From Eledone cirrhosa (taxonomy: Eukaryota): DNA of 64,000 bases. The notes under the pieces are model-generated. The model worked only from the letters and a program-made list of their open reading frames with translations. It did no database searches and was not told the origin of the DNA. Shown piece by piece: positions 26,308-42,320 of this stretch. The DNA lies in NCBI GenBank assembly GCA_964016885.1, contig OZ024742.1:268708001-268772000 (forward strand). Direction: 5' to 3'. Each line of letters begins with the position of its first letter. Within the stretch, counting starts at the first letter, position 1. The translations under genes and the position numbers were made by a program.

Positions 26308-28032
26308 TATATGCCCCTCTAAATCTGATATAGGCAAAATTAGCAAATATATACTAGACAGAATTATCCCCCAAGTTAAGCTTAAAGTAGAAATTAAACT
26401 ATCGGGTAACACTCATGAAGCAATAAGATGGTTTAATAACATTACTGATAAGAAAAAATCAAAATTTATTCAGTTTGATATTGATGAATATTATTCCTCA
26501 ATTTCACCTGATACTCTACATGAAGCTCTTTCGTTCGCTAAGGCTAATTCCGACCTTATGGATGCTGAAATTAAAATTATTATGGAAGCGAGGAAAACTA
26601 TAGTTAAATTCGATGATAGCTACTGGGTTCGCAAAGATAGACCTTCTAATTTTGATATTACTATGGGTTCCAATGATTCGGCGGAAGTAACAGATCTTGT
26701 GGGAATTATCACCCACAGACTACAAGGAAAATTCAAGGATCTCCACGATGGAATCTACCGTGATGATGCGCTCCTATTAGTTAAGCATATGAATAACCAG
26801 AATTTAGAAACGATGCGTAAAAATATCAGAAAGCTTTTTAAGGAACTAGGATTAAATATTACATTTGAATATAACCTCAAAGAGGTCAATTTCCTTGATG
26901 TTACTTTGAATCTCAATACAGATACGTTTAAACCGTTCCATAAACTAAATGAGAACCTTAAATATGTAAATACGAGTTCTAACCATCCACTCTCTATAAT
27001 TAAATCCATCCCTAGAAATGTTTCTCTTAGAATCTCCCGCCTGTCGTCCAACCAACAAACCTTCAAAGAACATGCCGAATATTATGATGATGCACTTAGG
27101 AAAGCCGGACACCTAGATAATATAGAGTATATAGTCGAAGATCACCATAACACCCAAAATAAATCCCATAGGAGTAGAAATAGCACAGAATCACCACCAT
27201 ACATACACTACCGCAATAGACACAATAATAGTCGCACACCACCAAACAGAAGGAGATGTAAAGAGTATATTTGGTACAACCCGGTATATAACAACTCTAT
27301 TAAAACCAATCTACCCTCACAATTCTTTCGATTAGTTAAAAAACACTTTCCAACATCACATAAATATAATAAAATCTTAAACCCTAACACTATTCGACTT
27401 TCATATTCAACCGCCCCTAATATTGAACAACATATAAAAAAGCTTAACGCAAAACGGTTGTATAAACGCCTTCCAACACATAACAATACACGTAAAACAT
27501 TAGCTATAACATCACAAAACAACAAACAACATCCTGTCCTACCTAAGCAACCTCATGAACCCATCCATGACAATACAACAACGTAAAATTATAATTGCAA
27601 CTGTGTCCAACCAGGAATGTGTCCGTTGAACAATCAGTGTCTTGAACGCAACATCGTATACAAATGTACTATCGAATCGGATAGACAGAAGTGGTACTAT
27701 GTGGGATCTACAGCCACCTCCTTCAAATCACGCCTTTATAGACATCGTTACTCGATAAAACATGAAAACCAGCGTTATGTAACAAAACTCGCAGACAAGG
27801 CTTGGCAGCTGCGTGAAAATAACCAACAATTTCACCACCTAAAATGGGATATAATAGCACACACACACACACCCACCCCCACGCACAGGAATTTTGTAGA
27901 TTATGTAATGTGGAATTATGTTGTATTATGAAATCCAAAAACATTTTATTAAATAACAGAATAGAGCGATCGTTATACTGTAACCATCGCTTAAAATCTA
28001 CATTTTCATATTATAAATACTACCAGGATTGA
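26308..28032 (+). pseudogene. Naiad-like RT + GIY-YIG, interrupted by in-frame TAA at 27584-27586 and frameshift(s) near 27840-27885
   Basis: ICPSKSDIGKISK, QFDIDEYYSSIS, FDITMGS, YRDD, WYNPVYN, CNC..CPLNNQCL, YYVGST, CRLCNVE, LLNNR.E...CNH. Confidence 0.88.
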
Positions 28033-28516
28033 ACGCTTGTCTCTATCTCCGTTTGATTGTCAAAATAGATATAAACATTCTCTATTAGTCTTAATTATAT
28101 CAACTCTTCTATTATTTACCATTTAATATAAACTGCTATAGATAAAATGAGATTTCTGATTTCTTAATTCAATTCCCTAATGCATATACCAGCTGGCTAC
28201 TAGCATTGATGTTATTCAGCAGCAATCGAAATCTCCCCCTTCCCCAATTGACACTTTATAATTAATACTACTACACCAAATGACCAGCCCTGTCCACTGT
28301 CCAATTGGTCAAGTAGAGATTAAAATTGGCACTCCCAAAAATTCTTATTTAGATAAAATGAACCATTTACTCATGGTATTCTCATTAGAAACCCTTTATA
28401 TACTTGTTTAGCAGTAAATTGAATTACCATCTGTCATATACTATCCCCTCTCTTCTTCCTCTATTACTAATATAAATACTTCAATTTTTCTGATTTTATC
28501 CAATTTATCCAAAATC

Positions 28517-28629
28517 TTTGAAGAAGTGACAACTGATTATACATTTGCTATCGAATACTTGCTAACATTATATGATTACGCAAGCAGCGATACATAGGTA
28601 TTCCGTCTGTTACAGAAACATATGTCAAT
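28517..28629 (+). ncRNA. Hammerhead motif with a ~75-nt loop on stem II
   Basis: TTGAAGA-A-GTGACA..(long loop)..TGTTAC-A-GAAA-CATATG-TC-AA. Confidence 0.5.
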
Positions 28630-28785
28630 ACCTAATAAATTCCTTTTCAAAAAAAGCACTTTCATTTTATATTCATCTTTTCTACATTTTCTCCGGAATA
28701 TAATTTATACTCGTTGAGCAAACCTACACGTATGCTGTTCATCTCTAACGTAACGATATATTATCACTACATTATTGATAACCTG

Positions 28786-28861
<76 letters not shown>

Positions 28862-30805
28862 TATGACAATAGCATTAAGGAAGCGTTAAGCATATTTTGG
28901 GTATATATGAAAGCATATGTGAGCATCGCTATGTCGACTTACATTCTTTATTAAATTTTAGTTATGAAGTTATACTAATAATTAATAAAAGGTATACGGA
29001 AGATATTGATCTGGTGTAAGATATAAATCTTTATATCTTGTAGAATGGGATAAGATTGATTGCTGGGTCAGGAATAGTGTAAATAAACAAGATGCAGAGG
29101 GAGCAGAATGATGAAAGGATTGGAATGCTTAACGGAAATTCATTATGTATTAATGAGAAGAGAACGTGAGTGGGAAATAAATAAATGTCGGAGGGAAAGG
29201 AAGGGGGTATTTCTGCAAACCAATGTGTAGGGGTAATTATGTATTTTGTATTAAACAGACAGTTAGAAAAACACTAAGTTCAAAAACTTAGAGTGAAGAC
29301 GGAGATGGAATAATACTCAGTTAAGAAAAAGCAGACTGTAAGATAGTTTTTCCAACACATATTACATAGTACAACTGACATTCAAATATACATTGTACTG
29401 CTATGTAAACGTTTCCTAGATCTGTTCTTGTTTGTCTTGGTACTAGTCATGTTCAAGTGTCCGTGTGTCCCACAAGCAATCTTGCAATATACCAGATATT
29501 TTTCATTTACTCTGATTTTTCTGCACGTTGCATTCTGTAAACCATCATCTTTCTGTCCTTCCAAATAAATTCATGTCTCTTATAAGTTACCTTATTTCTC
29601 CCTGTACGGGTTAATAATACATGGAGAATTGGATAAGCGAAGAAAGTAACATGTTTATTTTCATTCTTTTAGACCAATGAAAATATAGACAATTCTGTGA
29701 TCATACGGATGATGGAGTTGCTTTATGGAGACGAATTCACAATTATACTTTCTTTAATCTCAATTGTCTCCAAACGATTATTCTAACATAAATAATATAA
29801 ATATTGAAATGAGGTTTGTAATTCATGTCGCTAAAATTTCTTGGCAGAGCTATTTGACTTGAGAAAGGGTCGTAGTTAGCGCATATCGATACGGCCAGCA
29901 GATATGATGGATAGTTTCGATATAAACGACGAAAAAACATTCAAGGTGAAATACTAGGGAAGTTGGAGCAATAAGTGATGTCTGTAGCTCCCCAAAAAAC
30001 TGTTACAGCCCAGTGATGTATTTAAGTTCCATGTCTCTGGTAGTGTAGATTTGGATGAAAGATTGGAATTCCCCTATTGATGTGTGGCGCCTGAGTTAAC
30101 TGCCACAGGCGGGAGTGGGGAGAGTCACAAGACACCATCTGTCAGAATGTGTTATGGACTGGATTCCATTAGGAGGGAGGATTCGCCACACGAAATTCAC
30201 TAGGGACAACGCTTAGAAGTAGTGATTTTAACCATGTGTGTTTTTCTTCAGTTCCGAATTTGAATTTAGCGGTGTGAGCTCCTAGATCAATTAACGTTGC
30301 ACTGATGATACATAGATTGACTATTGACCTCAGCCATTTAATTCGAGAAACATATTCCTAAACAATAATAGAATAAGTATGAAATGACATGAATAATTAC
30401 TGACATTTAAAAATTATGTTTTAAATATGGTAGCTTTTGGAATTAGATATATTCTTACATCGTGTTACAAATTTTCTCCTGTTAATACTTGATACATTTA
30501 AGTATATGTCAAACTTTCTTTTTAATTTTATAATGAATGCTCGGATTTATTCCTAGAACAGGAATTACAGGTAATATGGCGCTTGTCTGAACACACTACT
30601 TTTAGACTAAATATTCTATTGTTTGTAATATGAGTGGGAAATAAATTTGTCTGCATAAATGTGTGCATGTGTGTATGTGAACACACACACACACACATAT
30701 ATATATATAGTATATATATATATAAAATATATATATATATTTTATACATATATAAAATAAAGTAAAATAAAAAGTCAAATGTTTAAAATTTAGCTTCGTT
30801 TATTA

Positions 30806-30858
30806 CTGCTATATATATTTCGGTGACAGCCATCTTTGGCTGTGACCTCTTCAGGCAG
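30806..30858 (-). ncRNA. Canonical type-I hammerhead ribozyme (antisense arm)
   Basis: Reverse complement of 31015-31067. Confidence 0.85.
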
Positions 30859-31014
30859 TCCGAATTAGTGCGGTATAGACAAGTACATATGTTGTTGAGG
30901 TGTTCCAGTTCCTCAGTGAAATAACAACCCAACCAGGAACTGGGCATATCAGAGTATTGACAAAATTATACACCTCAACAACACATGTACTTGTCTATAC
31001 CACACTAATTCGGA

Positions 31015-31067
31015 CTGCCTGAAGAGGTCACAGCCAAAGATGGCTGTCACCGAAATATATATAGCAG
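31015..31067 (+). ncRNA. Canonical type-I hammerhead ribozyme
   Basis: CTGC-CTGAAGA-GGTcACAGCCA-AAGA-TGGCTGTcACC-GAAA-TATATA-TA-GCAG; predicted cleavage after 31063. Confidence 0.88.
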
Positions 31068-31356
31068 AAATAAACGAAGCTAAATTTTAAACATTTGACT
31101 TTTTATTTTACTTTATTTTACATTACTCCGGAGTAACCAAACCAACCTGCGCACTTCGTCGAGTGCTCCAGGTGCATACTGAGTTGTTGGTATACAACCA
31201 ACATATACTCAAAATATATACATATATATATAATAATAATAATAAATGTGAATACTAAAATTTGAAGAGGGCTCGAATATGTTTCAGAAGATGCCGTTAA
31301 GTGTAAACGCAGCGATTCTTTGCTTAAAATTTAATCAGTTATTTTAATACACTCAT

Positions 31357-33392
<2,036 letters not shown>

Positions 33393-34090
33393 ATATATAA
33401 AAAGAAAACAAACAAATAAATAAACGCAGGAGTAAATTTCACATGGTATTATTAGCTTCATGCTTGGTGAGAGTTGGAGAGAGAGGAACTCCGAGAACGA
33501 ATGAGGGGGGAGTTAGTGGGAATAACATAAAGGGGAGGGGGGAAATAGAAATAATAAAAACAATGAATATAGAATATAAAGTGGTAAAAAATGTAATATA
33601 TAAAGCAAACAGATGATTTAAAAAAGAAACAACAATATTAAAAAATGAGAGGCGTGTATGGATCCGGGAAGGCACCGGTGGGGTTGTGCGTGGATGTAAG
33701 TGTGAGAGTGTGGAGTGAGGTAGGTGGGGTTAGAGTAAGTGTATGTATTTGGGAGTTTGAAAAACCATTGTGTTTTTGAGTGGAGTGTATATCTTTGTGT
33801 ATATAGTCCTTTTATAGGTGTAGGTATGTGTGTGTGAACAGCGTGGAGCTTTAACTCTCTCACTGAATTGCGAAACAGTTCTTACCAAAGTTGTCTGGAT
33901 GTTGTAGTTATCATAGTCGGTTTGTCAATCATATTTTATCCTTTTCCTTGAGCTCTGTGGACTCTACTATCGTTAGTCAGCATTTTCTTCATCCTAGCGG
34001 TTTGCGTACCTTGTGATTTGAACCAACATATATATACACACACACACACGCACGCACACACATACACACACACACGCACACACACAAAAA

Positions 34091-34135
<45 letters not shown>

Positions 34136-34231
34136 AATGTGTGTTTGTGTATGTGTGTGTTATAAGTCTTTTCCTTGAGCTATTTTGATTAAGCTGGACC
34201 ATCGTGAGTTTTTTTACTCAATATGTAATTT

Positions 34232-34322
<91 letters not shown>

Positions 34323-35270
34323 TAACATTAAAGTTTAAGCAAATAATCGGTGCTTTCACCCTTTACGGATCTTCTGAAACTAAAAAAATCAATCTGTGAA
34401 AGCAGAAGCAAATATTTCGAGAAACGTTGCAGTCGAAAGAAAACAGGACGACGATACTTTAGTTCGTGAAGACGTTCCCTGGCAATGAACGAAATCAAGC
34501 GAATATAATACGTCGTTATGTGGAGCGCTGAGAATAATTACACGCAAAGACAAAACCACGTTTATTGTATAGATGGAGTCGTAGACTAATATTCTATTTA
34601 GGAAACCGAATGATTCTCGGCTTCAGAGTTAAGAATAATGTAAATAAATTAGTAGAACGAAAATTACAGAGGTTATTAAAATCATAAAAGTAATAATAAT
34701 TAAATAGATACATACACGCATCTATATACGTAGAAACACGTGCAACGCGAAAGCACACGCCATGCATGCATATACATACACGTTCGCATCAACACGCGGA
34801 CATATACATAAATCCGCGCGACACATTTACCCGCACACATACGAACATATACATCAAATACACATAAAATATATATGTCTGTGTGTGTGTGTGTATACAT
34901 ATAAGTATATATACATACATACAAAACATAGATAACACTCACATTCTGTTTAATACATTTAATTGCAAGCGATCGTTTCTTCCAGACATAGATCTGGATT
35001 CATCGGAGCATATACAATGTTAAACCAAATAAAATCCCAATCCTTAGAACATTCAATAAGATACATTATATTTGAGAAGACTAATTATAATTGTTAGTGT
35101 CAGTTACAATATATTTAAGAGTAAGAACAAAAGAACATTATAATGAAATACTTATAGTGAAAAGATAGTAATACAGTATTATAAAGAAAAGCTGTTTTAA
35201 AGCAATATGATATATGCAAGGAACATTACTTATGAAACATTATATTAAGAATAGCATACCAAGTATATAA

Positions 35271-35326
35271 ATAATTGTTTCTACTTTTGGCACAAGGCCA
35301 GCAATTACCCAGTACATTACTGGTAA
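35271..35326 (-). mobile_element. SINE 3' fragment
   Basis: Reverse complement of ~5162-5218. Confidence 0.65.
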
Positions 35327-35639
35327 TAGGAGAGAACATGCGATAAAGGTAAGACAATTGTGTAGTGATAGTATATATATTGGTGTTATATATTATAAGC
35401 ATTATAAGATATAGTAGTTATAGGCGATGATATTTACGCGAAAAGTCTCATAAAGATTATGTAGAAAATGGTAATATCTATAGTTGTGAAGTATGTAAGC
35501 AATAAGTATAGAATTGTATACTTCAAACATATATATACAAAACAACACTTCATTCAAAGGTATGGAGTTTAAGGTCCTTTTTCTTTGAAGTTGATATGAC
35601 AGTTGTATTTCTGCACTGTAGTATATCTGATATTTTACA

Positions 35640-36600
35640 TTCAGGTAAATATGTGTCTGACAGTCTGCACAAATATGTGTCTGAGAGTAGGTAGCCAATG
35701 CTCAAATTGTAGTGAAAGAGAAGACAGTAGACCAAGGGATGTCCAAGGAAGAAATAACAGCTGGGAGGAAGAGCAACCTTCATGAAACATCTCTCCATAT
35801 CACCTTCTTTAAGAAAACAGAATTCAGAGATCCACAGACATAGAACTGGTTAAAAAGAGGAGACCTTAAAAAAGCTACAGAAGGAATGCTAATGGCTGCG
35901 TAAGAGCAAGCCCTCAGAACGAAGTGGGTGAAACACTACATAGACAAGGAAGTGGTTAGCTCACTGTGCAGGAGCTGTGGAGAGAGAGGGGTGAGGGTGA
36001 TTATGATAGTATATGAGTGTAAACACCTAGCACAGACTCACTATAAAGACTGGAGACATGATAGGAAAGGTGATTCACTGGTATCTATGCAAAGTAAACA
36101 ATGTACCACATTCTGAGAAGTGGTATGAGTATAAGTCAGAGTCGGTGATAGAAAACGATCAAGTGAAGTTGCTATGGGATTTCAGAATACAGGGATGACC
36201 GAGTGGTTTTTGACAAGGAAAAAAGATCGTACCTGATTGTAGATGTAGCCTGCCCATTTGACAAGAGACTGTAAGAGAAGGAGGGGGAGAAAATTGACCG
36301 ACGCCAGGATTTAAAGTGGGAGTTAAAAAGGATTTGGAACTGCCATGAGATGAAGGTTGTCCCGATTACCAGCCATAGGAGCACTAGGTACTATCTCATA
36401 GAGTTTCCAAGGATGGTTAAAGAACATTAGTCCACTCCCGTTTTTCGGAACATCCCAAAAGGTATGCTTGCTGTGATCAGCAAGAACCCTCCAATACGTC
36501 CTGAATATTTGAGGCTGCAGGTAGCGGCTTAATAGTCATTGCAACAAACTTTCCAGTTAAATAACCTCAATGACTGAAACTCAAAGAACTATACTAATAA
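35640..36600 (+). mobile_element. Old 3' fragment of R4/Dong-like LINE family B
   Basis: Homologous to ~45930-46880 (RGDLKKATEG, CCHC remnant, RLE region, 3' UTR gaggctgcaggtag). Confidence 0.85.
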
Positions 36601-36601
36601 T

Positions 36602-36741
36602 AGAAGAAGAAGAAGAAGAAGAAGAAGAAGAAGAAGAAGAAGAAGAAGAAGAAGAAGAAGAAGAAGAAGAAGAAGAAGAAGAAGAAGAAGAAGAAGAAGA
36701 AGAAGAAGAAGAAGAAGAAGAAGAAGAAGAAGAAGAAGAAT

Positions 36742-36776
<35 letters not shown>
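36602..36776. repeat. (GAA)n followed by (TAA)n microsatellite
   Basis: Direct reading. Confidence 0.95.
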
Positions 36777-36778
<2 letters not shown>

Positions 36779-38371
36779 GAGTTTGGACTAGATAAATGCG
36801 CCAAAGCAACGTTCACCAGAGGAAAGCTGCTGAAGAGTGCAGACATTAATCTTGATCGGGGGAACGTGATAAGAGAGCTTGATCAAGAAAAACTTACAAA
36901 TATCTAGGTGTTTGTGAAGGAGACGGAATCAAGCACTCGACAATGAGGGAAAGGATAAGGAAGGAATGTTAACGCAGAGTAAGAGCAATCTTAAGAACGG
37001 AATTGAATGCAAGGAATAGGATCGATGCCATAAACACGCTTGCCATACCAGTAGTAACCTACAGTTACAATGTCATCAACTGGTCAAGCACAGAGATCCG
37101 TAGGCTCGATACAAAAATTCGAAAATTCTTAACCATGCACAGAATGCATCACCCTAAGGCAGATATAGGTAGAATATATCTCCCTAGGAAAGAAGGAGGA
37201 CGTGGGTTAATCCAGTTAGACATTGCGTTGAAAACTGCAAAAATTGGATTATCTACATATCTAAGGGAATCAAATGATTGGATGATCAAACTCGTTTTGA
37301 AACACGAAAGCATCAAAAGATCATATTCCATTACAAAAGATGCACAAAGATACAGTAATGGACTACAAATTTCAGAAGTCCCATTTACTGCTGAAATGGA
37401 AAATACAGAAAAAGCAAAGCAGGTAAAAGTAACTACAAAGAAAGAACTGCTACAGAAACTGGCTAAGAAATGGCAAGAAAAGCCTCTGTATGGAAAATAC
37501 CCAGAGCGAGCTAACAATCCTGATGTTGACAAAACTTTAACCCATCAGTGGTTGGCATCCTCTGAACTGAAATCGAGACTGAAGGACTGATTATATCGGC
37601 ACAAGATCAGTGTCTGCCAACAAAAAATTACCAAGCCAACATAATAAAAAATGGGTGCAGCCCATTATGCCGTGTATGCAAAAAACAACCAGAGACCATT
37701 GACCATATAATTTCAATGTGCAGTCCTACAGCTCCAACCGAATACCTAAACAGGCATGACAGAGCTGCACAATACATACATTGGATAATGTGTAAGCACT
37801 TTGACCTGCCCATCAAAAGAATTGGTGGGAGCATCAACCACCTCCCATACTTGAAAAAGATCACATCTCAATCTTGTGGAACTTTAGCATCCAAACAGAC
37901 CGAAAAATAGAAGCAAATAGACCTGACATTGAAGGACTTTCAAAAGAGGGTATGCCTGCTAATTGATATGTCTGTTCCAATAGACAAGAATGTATCTATA
38001 AAAACATTTGAAAAATTGAGCAATTATAAGGACCTGGAGATTGAAATTGGAAAAATGTGGAAATTGAGAACTAAAACAATACCAGGGGTTGTAGGCGCTC
38101 TGGGAATGATACCTAAGGGGTCTAATGATTACTTATCGCAAATCCCAGGAAACCCGCGTATAGGAGAAATACAAAAGATAGTACTAATGGGAACTGCCCA
38201 TATACTAAGGAAGATTCTGTCAATATAAGTACATCACAAGTCTAAACACTAAGGATGCATGTGTGAATATGTATGTTCTTTCTTGAACATGGCGGACCTT
38301 GTTGTCTCTTGAGGTCACTGATTGTGACTTGGTGATAACTCGTATGAACATAAAGCAAGATAAATGCAACT

Positions 38372-38372
<1 letters not shown>
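36777..38372 (+). mobile_element. 5'-truncated R4/Dong-like LINE family A
   Basis: Near-identical to 40720-42300; (TAA)n on both sides. Confidence 0.92.

Positions 38373-38452
<80 letters not shown>
38373..38452. repeat. (TAA)n microsatellite (tail/target)
   Basis: Direct reading. Confidence 0.95.
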
Positions 38453-38457
<5 letters not shown>

Positions 38458-41400
38458 CGTTCTAGAAGTGGTAACACGAAAAGATTACCCCTTGGCGGAT
38501 AAGGATAAAACGCGACAAAATAAAGTAGATGTCTAATGATGAAATCTCATACCGGATCGGCCGTCACCCGGGTAAAAAAGGGCCGCGTCCCTCAGAGAGG
38601 AACCAGACTGGGGTCGAAAAATCAGCTAATGGTTCAAACCTTCCCATCACTTCGGAGCTGGAGACCTCCCATAACCGGAATACTCCTGCTGTTGGCCCTC
38701 CATGCTCACCACCAAGAAATCCAAAGAAAAAGAGAGAAAAATGGTCAAGGGAAGATAATAAAGAAGTCCTTGAGGCTTTCTACACTGCCATGTACTACCC
38801 GTCAAATACATCGAATACAGAGCAAACATATATCAACTGGAAAAAGAAACATCCCGAAAACAGAGGCTATATTGACAGTAACAAACTAGCCAATATACGA
38901 AGAAATATTGTAAGAAAAAAGTTACTAACTGATATAGAAATTGATCAGATCAAGCTAGTAGCACAAAGTCAGCGAAGGGAAAATGAAGCATGTGTCAGTG
39001 AAAACGAGGTAAACTGTAACACTTCGAATCCCAGAGTTGGGGCGGAATCACTGGCAACAGAACAAATTAAAGAAAGGAGCGAAAAAGTGGAGGGAGTGCA
39101 TGCTCAGGATGAAACTCCAAATGAAAATAATGAGATCGTAAATGATAAAGAAATGAATGAGAATGAACTTGCCAACTTGAAGGATGAAATTATGATCGAA
39201 TGGATGAAAATGAAAGAATCTGACATGGGGGAACGAGACACCCTCCCTAAGATCCAGAACTCCAAACAGAACCAAAAGATAATACACAAGACTAACATAA
39301 TTCTCAAAAACATTATCATCACAAACAAAATAAACATTACTGACTTAAATCATCTCTATTATGCATCGGCTAAAGTCACCACTCACTTATGTGGAGTGAA
39401 GATGAAAAAACAAAGGAATTCCCACAAGAAATCTACTTGGCAAGATAACATCAATCGCCAAATAAACCTTCTCCGATCTGACATAGAAATTTTAACAAAC
39501 TATAAAGTAGGTGAACATGTTAAACAAACTAAACTTAGAAAATTGAAAAAAAAGTACAGTATAAGATCAACATGTGACATAGACATGCTGATAGAAACAA
39601 TCAAGCAAAAAGTGTCGGCCAAAGCTGCTCGTATAAGGCGCTTTGAAAAACGATCTAGATTCTATAAGGACAATAATATGTTCAAAAACAACCAAAGAAA
39701 CTTCTACAGAAAAATTGGTAAGTCAACAATAACTGCTAAATCAATACCACCCAAGGAGGAAGTGCAAGAATTCTGGGAAAAGATCTGGGCCGAAGAAAAA
39801 GTTCATAACATACATGCCCCATGGATAGATAGACAAATGAAAGAAACAGCTCACCTTGAAGAACAAACATGGGAAAATATAACAGTTGAACAGCTGCGCT
39901 TGGCTCTAAGAAAAACCAGCAAATGGAAATCCCCAGGAAAAGACAAAATACAAAACTTTTGGATAAATGCCTTCACAGAGTCTCATGAGCTGTTAGCCCA
40001 ACTTTACAATGAAATAGTTAAGGTGCCAGAAAAGATACCATCATGGCTAGTTAACGGCATTACATTCCTGCTACCGAAGAATGATGAGACAAACAATCCC
40101 AAAAAATTACAGACCGATAACCTGCTTGACCACAATGTATAACATTTTAACATCAGTCCTAACTGAATACACATATGACCACCTGATAACAAATGACCTA
40201 TTTCCCATTGAGCAGAAAGGGTGTAAACGAGGCTCATATGGCTGTAAGGATCAGCTTCTGGTTAACAAAATGATACTGGAAGATTGTCATAATAGACACA
40301 AAAATCTATCGATTGCGTGGATAGATTATAAAAAAGCATTTGATAGTTTGCCACACAGTTGGATTAAAAAATGTTTAGAGATTTTCAAAATATCCCCCGT
40401 TGTCAGGAGGTTTTTGTCATTCAGTATGAGGACATGGAGAACGACACTCCTTTTGAATAGTGAAACAAAATCACTGGAAGCTGGAGAAGTTAACATTAAT
40501 TGTGGAATTTTTCAGGGTGACTCTTTATCACCGCTTTTATTCTGCATCGCACTTATACCATTAAGTAAAATGCTCAATGAAACAAAACATGGATATAGAG
40601 TCTATGACAAAACCATTAATCACCTGTTCTACATGGATGACCTGAAACTATTCGAAAAAAATGATGAACAATTGCAAGGGCTATTATCCACTGTGAAGCA
40701 GTTCAGTGATGACATTAAAATGGAGTTTGGACTGGATGAATGTGCCAAAGCAACATTCACCAGAGGAAAGCTGCTGAAGAGTTCAGACATTAATCTTGAT
40801 CGGGGGAATGTGATAAGAGAGCTTGATCAAGAACAAACTTACAAATATCTAGGTGTTTGTGAAGGAGACGGAATCAAGCACTCGACAATGAGGGAAAGGA
40901 TAAGGAAGGAATGTTACCGCAGAGTCAGAGCAATCTTAAGAACGGAATTGAATGCAAGGAATAGGATCGATGCCATGAACACGCTTGCCATACCAGTAGT
41001 AACCTATAGTTACAATGTCATCAACTGGTCAAGCACAGAGATCCGTAGGCTCGATACAAAAATCCGAAAATTCTTAACCATGCACAGAATGCATCACCCT
41101 AAGGCAGACATAGATAGAATATATCTCCCTAGGAAAGAAGGAGGACGTTGCGTTGAAAACTGCAACAATTGGATTATCCACATATCTAAGGGAATCACAT
41201 GATTGGATGATCAAACTCGTTTTGAAACACGAAAGCACCAAAACATCATATTCCATTACAAATGATGCACAAAGATACAGTAATGGACTACAAATTTCAG
41301 AAGTCCCATTTACTGCTGAAATGGAAAACACAGAAAAAGCAAAGCAGGTAAAAGTAACTGCAAAGAAAGAACTGCTACAGAAACTGGCTAAGAAATGGCA

Positions 41401-42320
41401 AGAAAAGCCTCTGTATGGAAAATACCCAGAGCGAGCTAACAATCCTGATGTTGACAAAACTTTAACCCATCAGTGGTTGGCATCCTCTGGACTGAAATCG
41501 GAGACTGAAGGACTGATTATATCCGCACAAGATCAGTGTCTGCCAACAAAAAATTACCAAGCCAACATAATAAAAAATGGGTGCAGCCCATTATGCCGTG
41601 TATGCAAAAAACAACCAGAGACCATTGACCATATAATTTCAATGTGTAGTCCTATAGCTCCAACCGAATACCTAAACAGGCATGACAGAGCTGCACAATA
41701 CATACATTGGATAATGTGTAAGCATTTTGACCTGCCCCATCAAAAGAATTGGTGGGAGCATCAACCACCTCCCATACTTGAAAAAGATCACATCTCAATC
41801 TTGTGGAACTTTAGCATCCAAACAGACCGAAAAATAGATGCAAATAGACCTGATATAATATTGAAGGACTTTCAAAGGAGGGTATGCCTGCTAATTGATA
41901 TGTCTGTTCCAATAGACAAGAATGTATCTATAAAAACATTTGAAAAATTGAGCAAGTATAAGGACCTGGAGATAGAAATTGGAAAAATGTGGAAATTGAG
42001 AACTAAAACAATACCAGTGGTTGTAGGCGCTCTGGGAATGATACCTAAGGGGTCTAACGACTACTTATCGCAAATCCCAGGAAACCCGCGTATAGGAGAA
42101 ATACAAAAGATAGTACTAATGGGAACTGCCCATATACTAAGGAAGATCCTGTCAATATAAGTACATCACAAGTCTAAACACTAAGGATGCATGTGTGAAT
42201 ATGTGTGTTCTTTCTTGAACATGGCGGACCTTGTTGTCTCTTGAGGTCACTGGTTGTGACTTGGTGATAACTCGTATAAACATAAAGCAAGATAAATGCA
42301 AATAATAATAATAATAATAA
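38453..42320 (+). mobile_element. Full-length R4/Dong-like (RLE) non-LTR retrotransposon, family A, in (TAA)n
   Basis: 5' UTR, single long ORF, 3' UTR ending in (TAA)n. Confidence 0.92.
38529..42160 (+). pseudogene. R4/Dong-like ORF: RT, CCHC finger and PD-(D/E)xK restriction-like endonuclease; two frameshifts
   Basis: [71 protein letters not shown]; breaks at ~40100 and a 20-nt deletion at ~41148 relative to the 37201 copy. Confidence 0.9.

Larger units (their letters stand above)
26196..28790 (+). mobile_element. 5'-truncated Naiad-like PLE with an inverted pLTR fragment, in (TA)n
   Basis: TIR 26196-26311 / 28569-28684; RT-GIY-YIG coding region; TA tracts on both sides. Confidence 0.9.
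30753..31215 (+). mobile_element. Hairpin HHR mini-element: ~151-bp inverted repeat, 66-nt spacer and tail, in (TA)n
   Basis: 30753-30903 is the reverse complement of 30970-31120; canonical HHR in both arms; CTCC at 31126, TCGAG at 31159. Confidence 0.9.

Noticed and set aside
28930-30330. Possible highly decayed PLE on - (KYLVYCKIAC, ANYDP)
   Set aside because: Only short motif hints; not supportable without a profile search.
34463-34503. HHR-like gtgaaga-cgttc..gaac-gaaa
   Set aside because: The core C3 and the cleavage triplet are non-canonical, and there is no supporting repeat structure.
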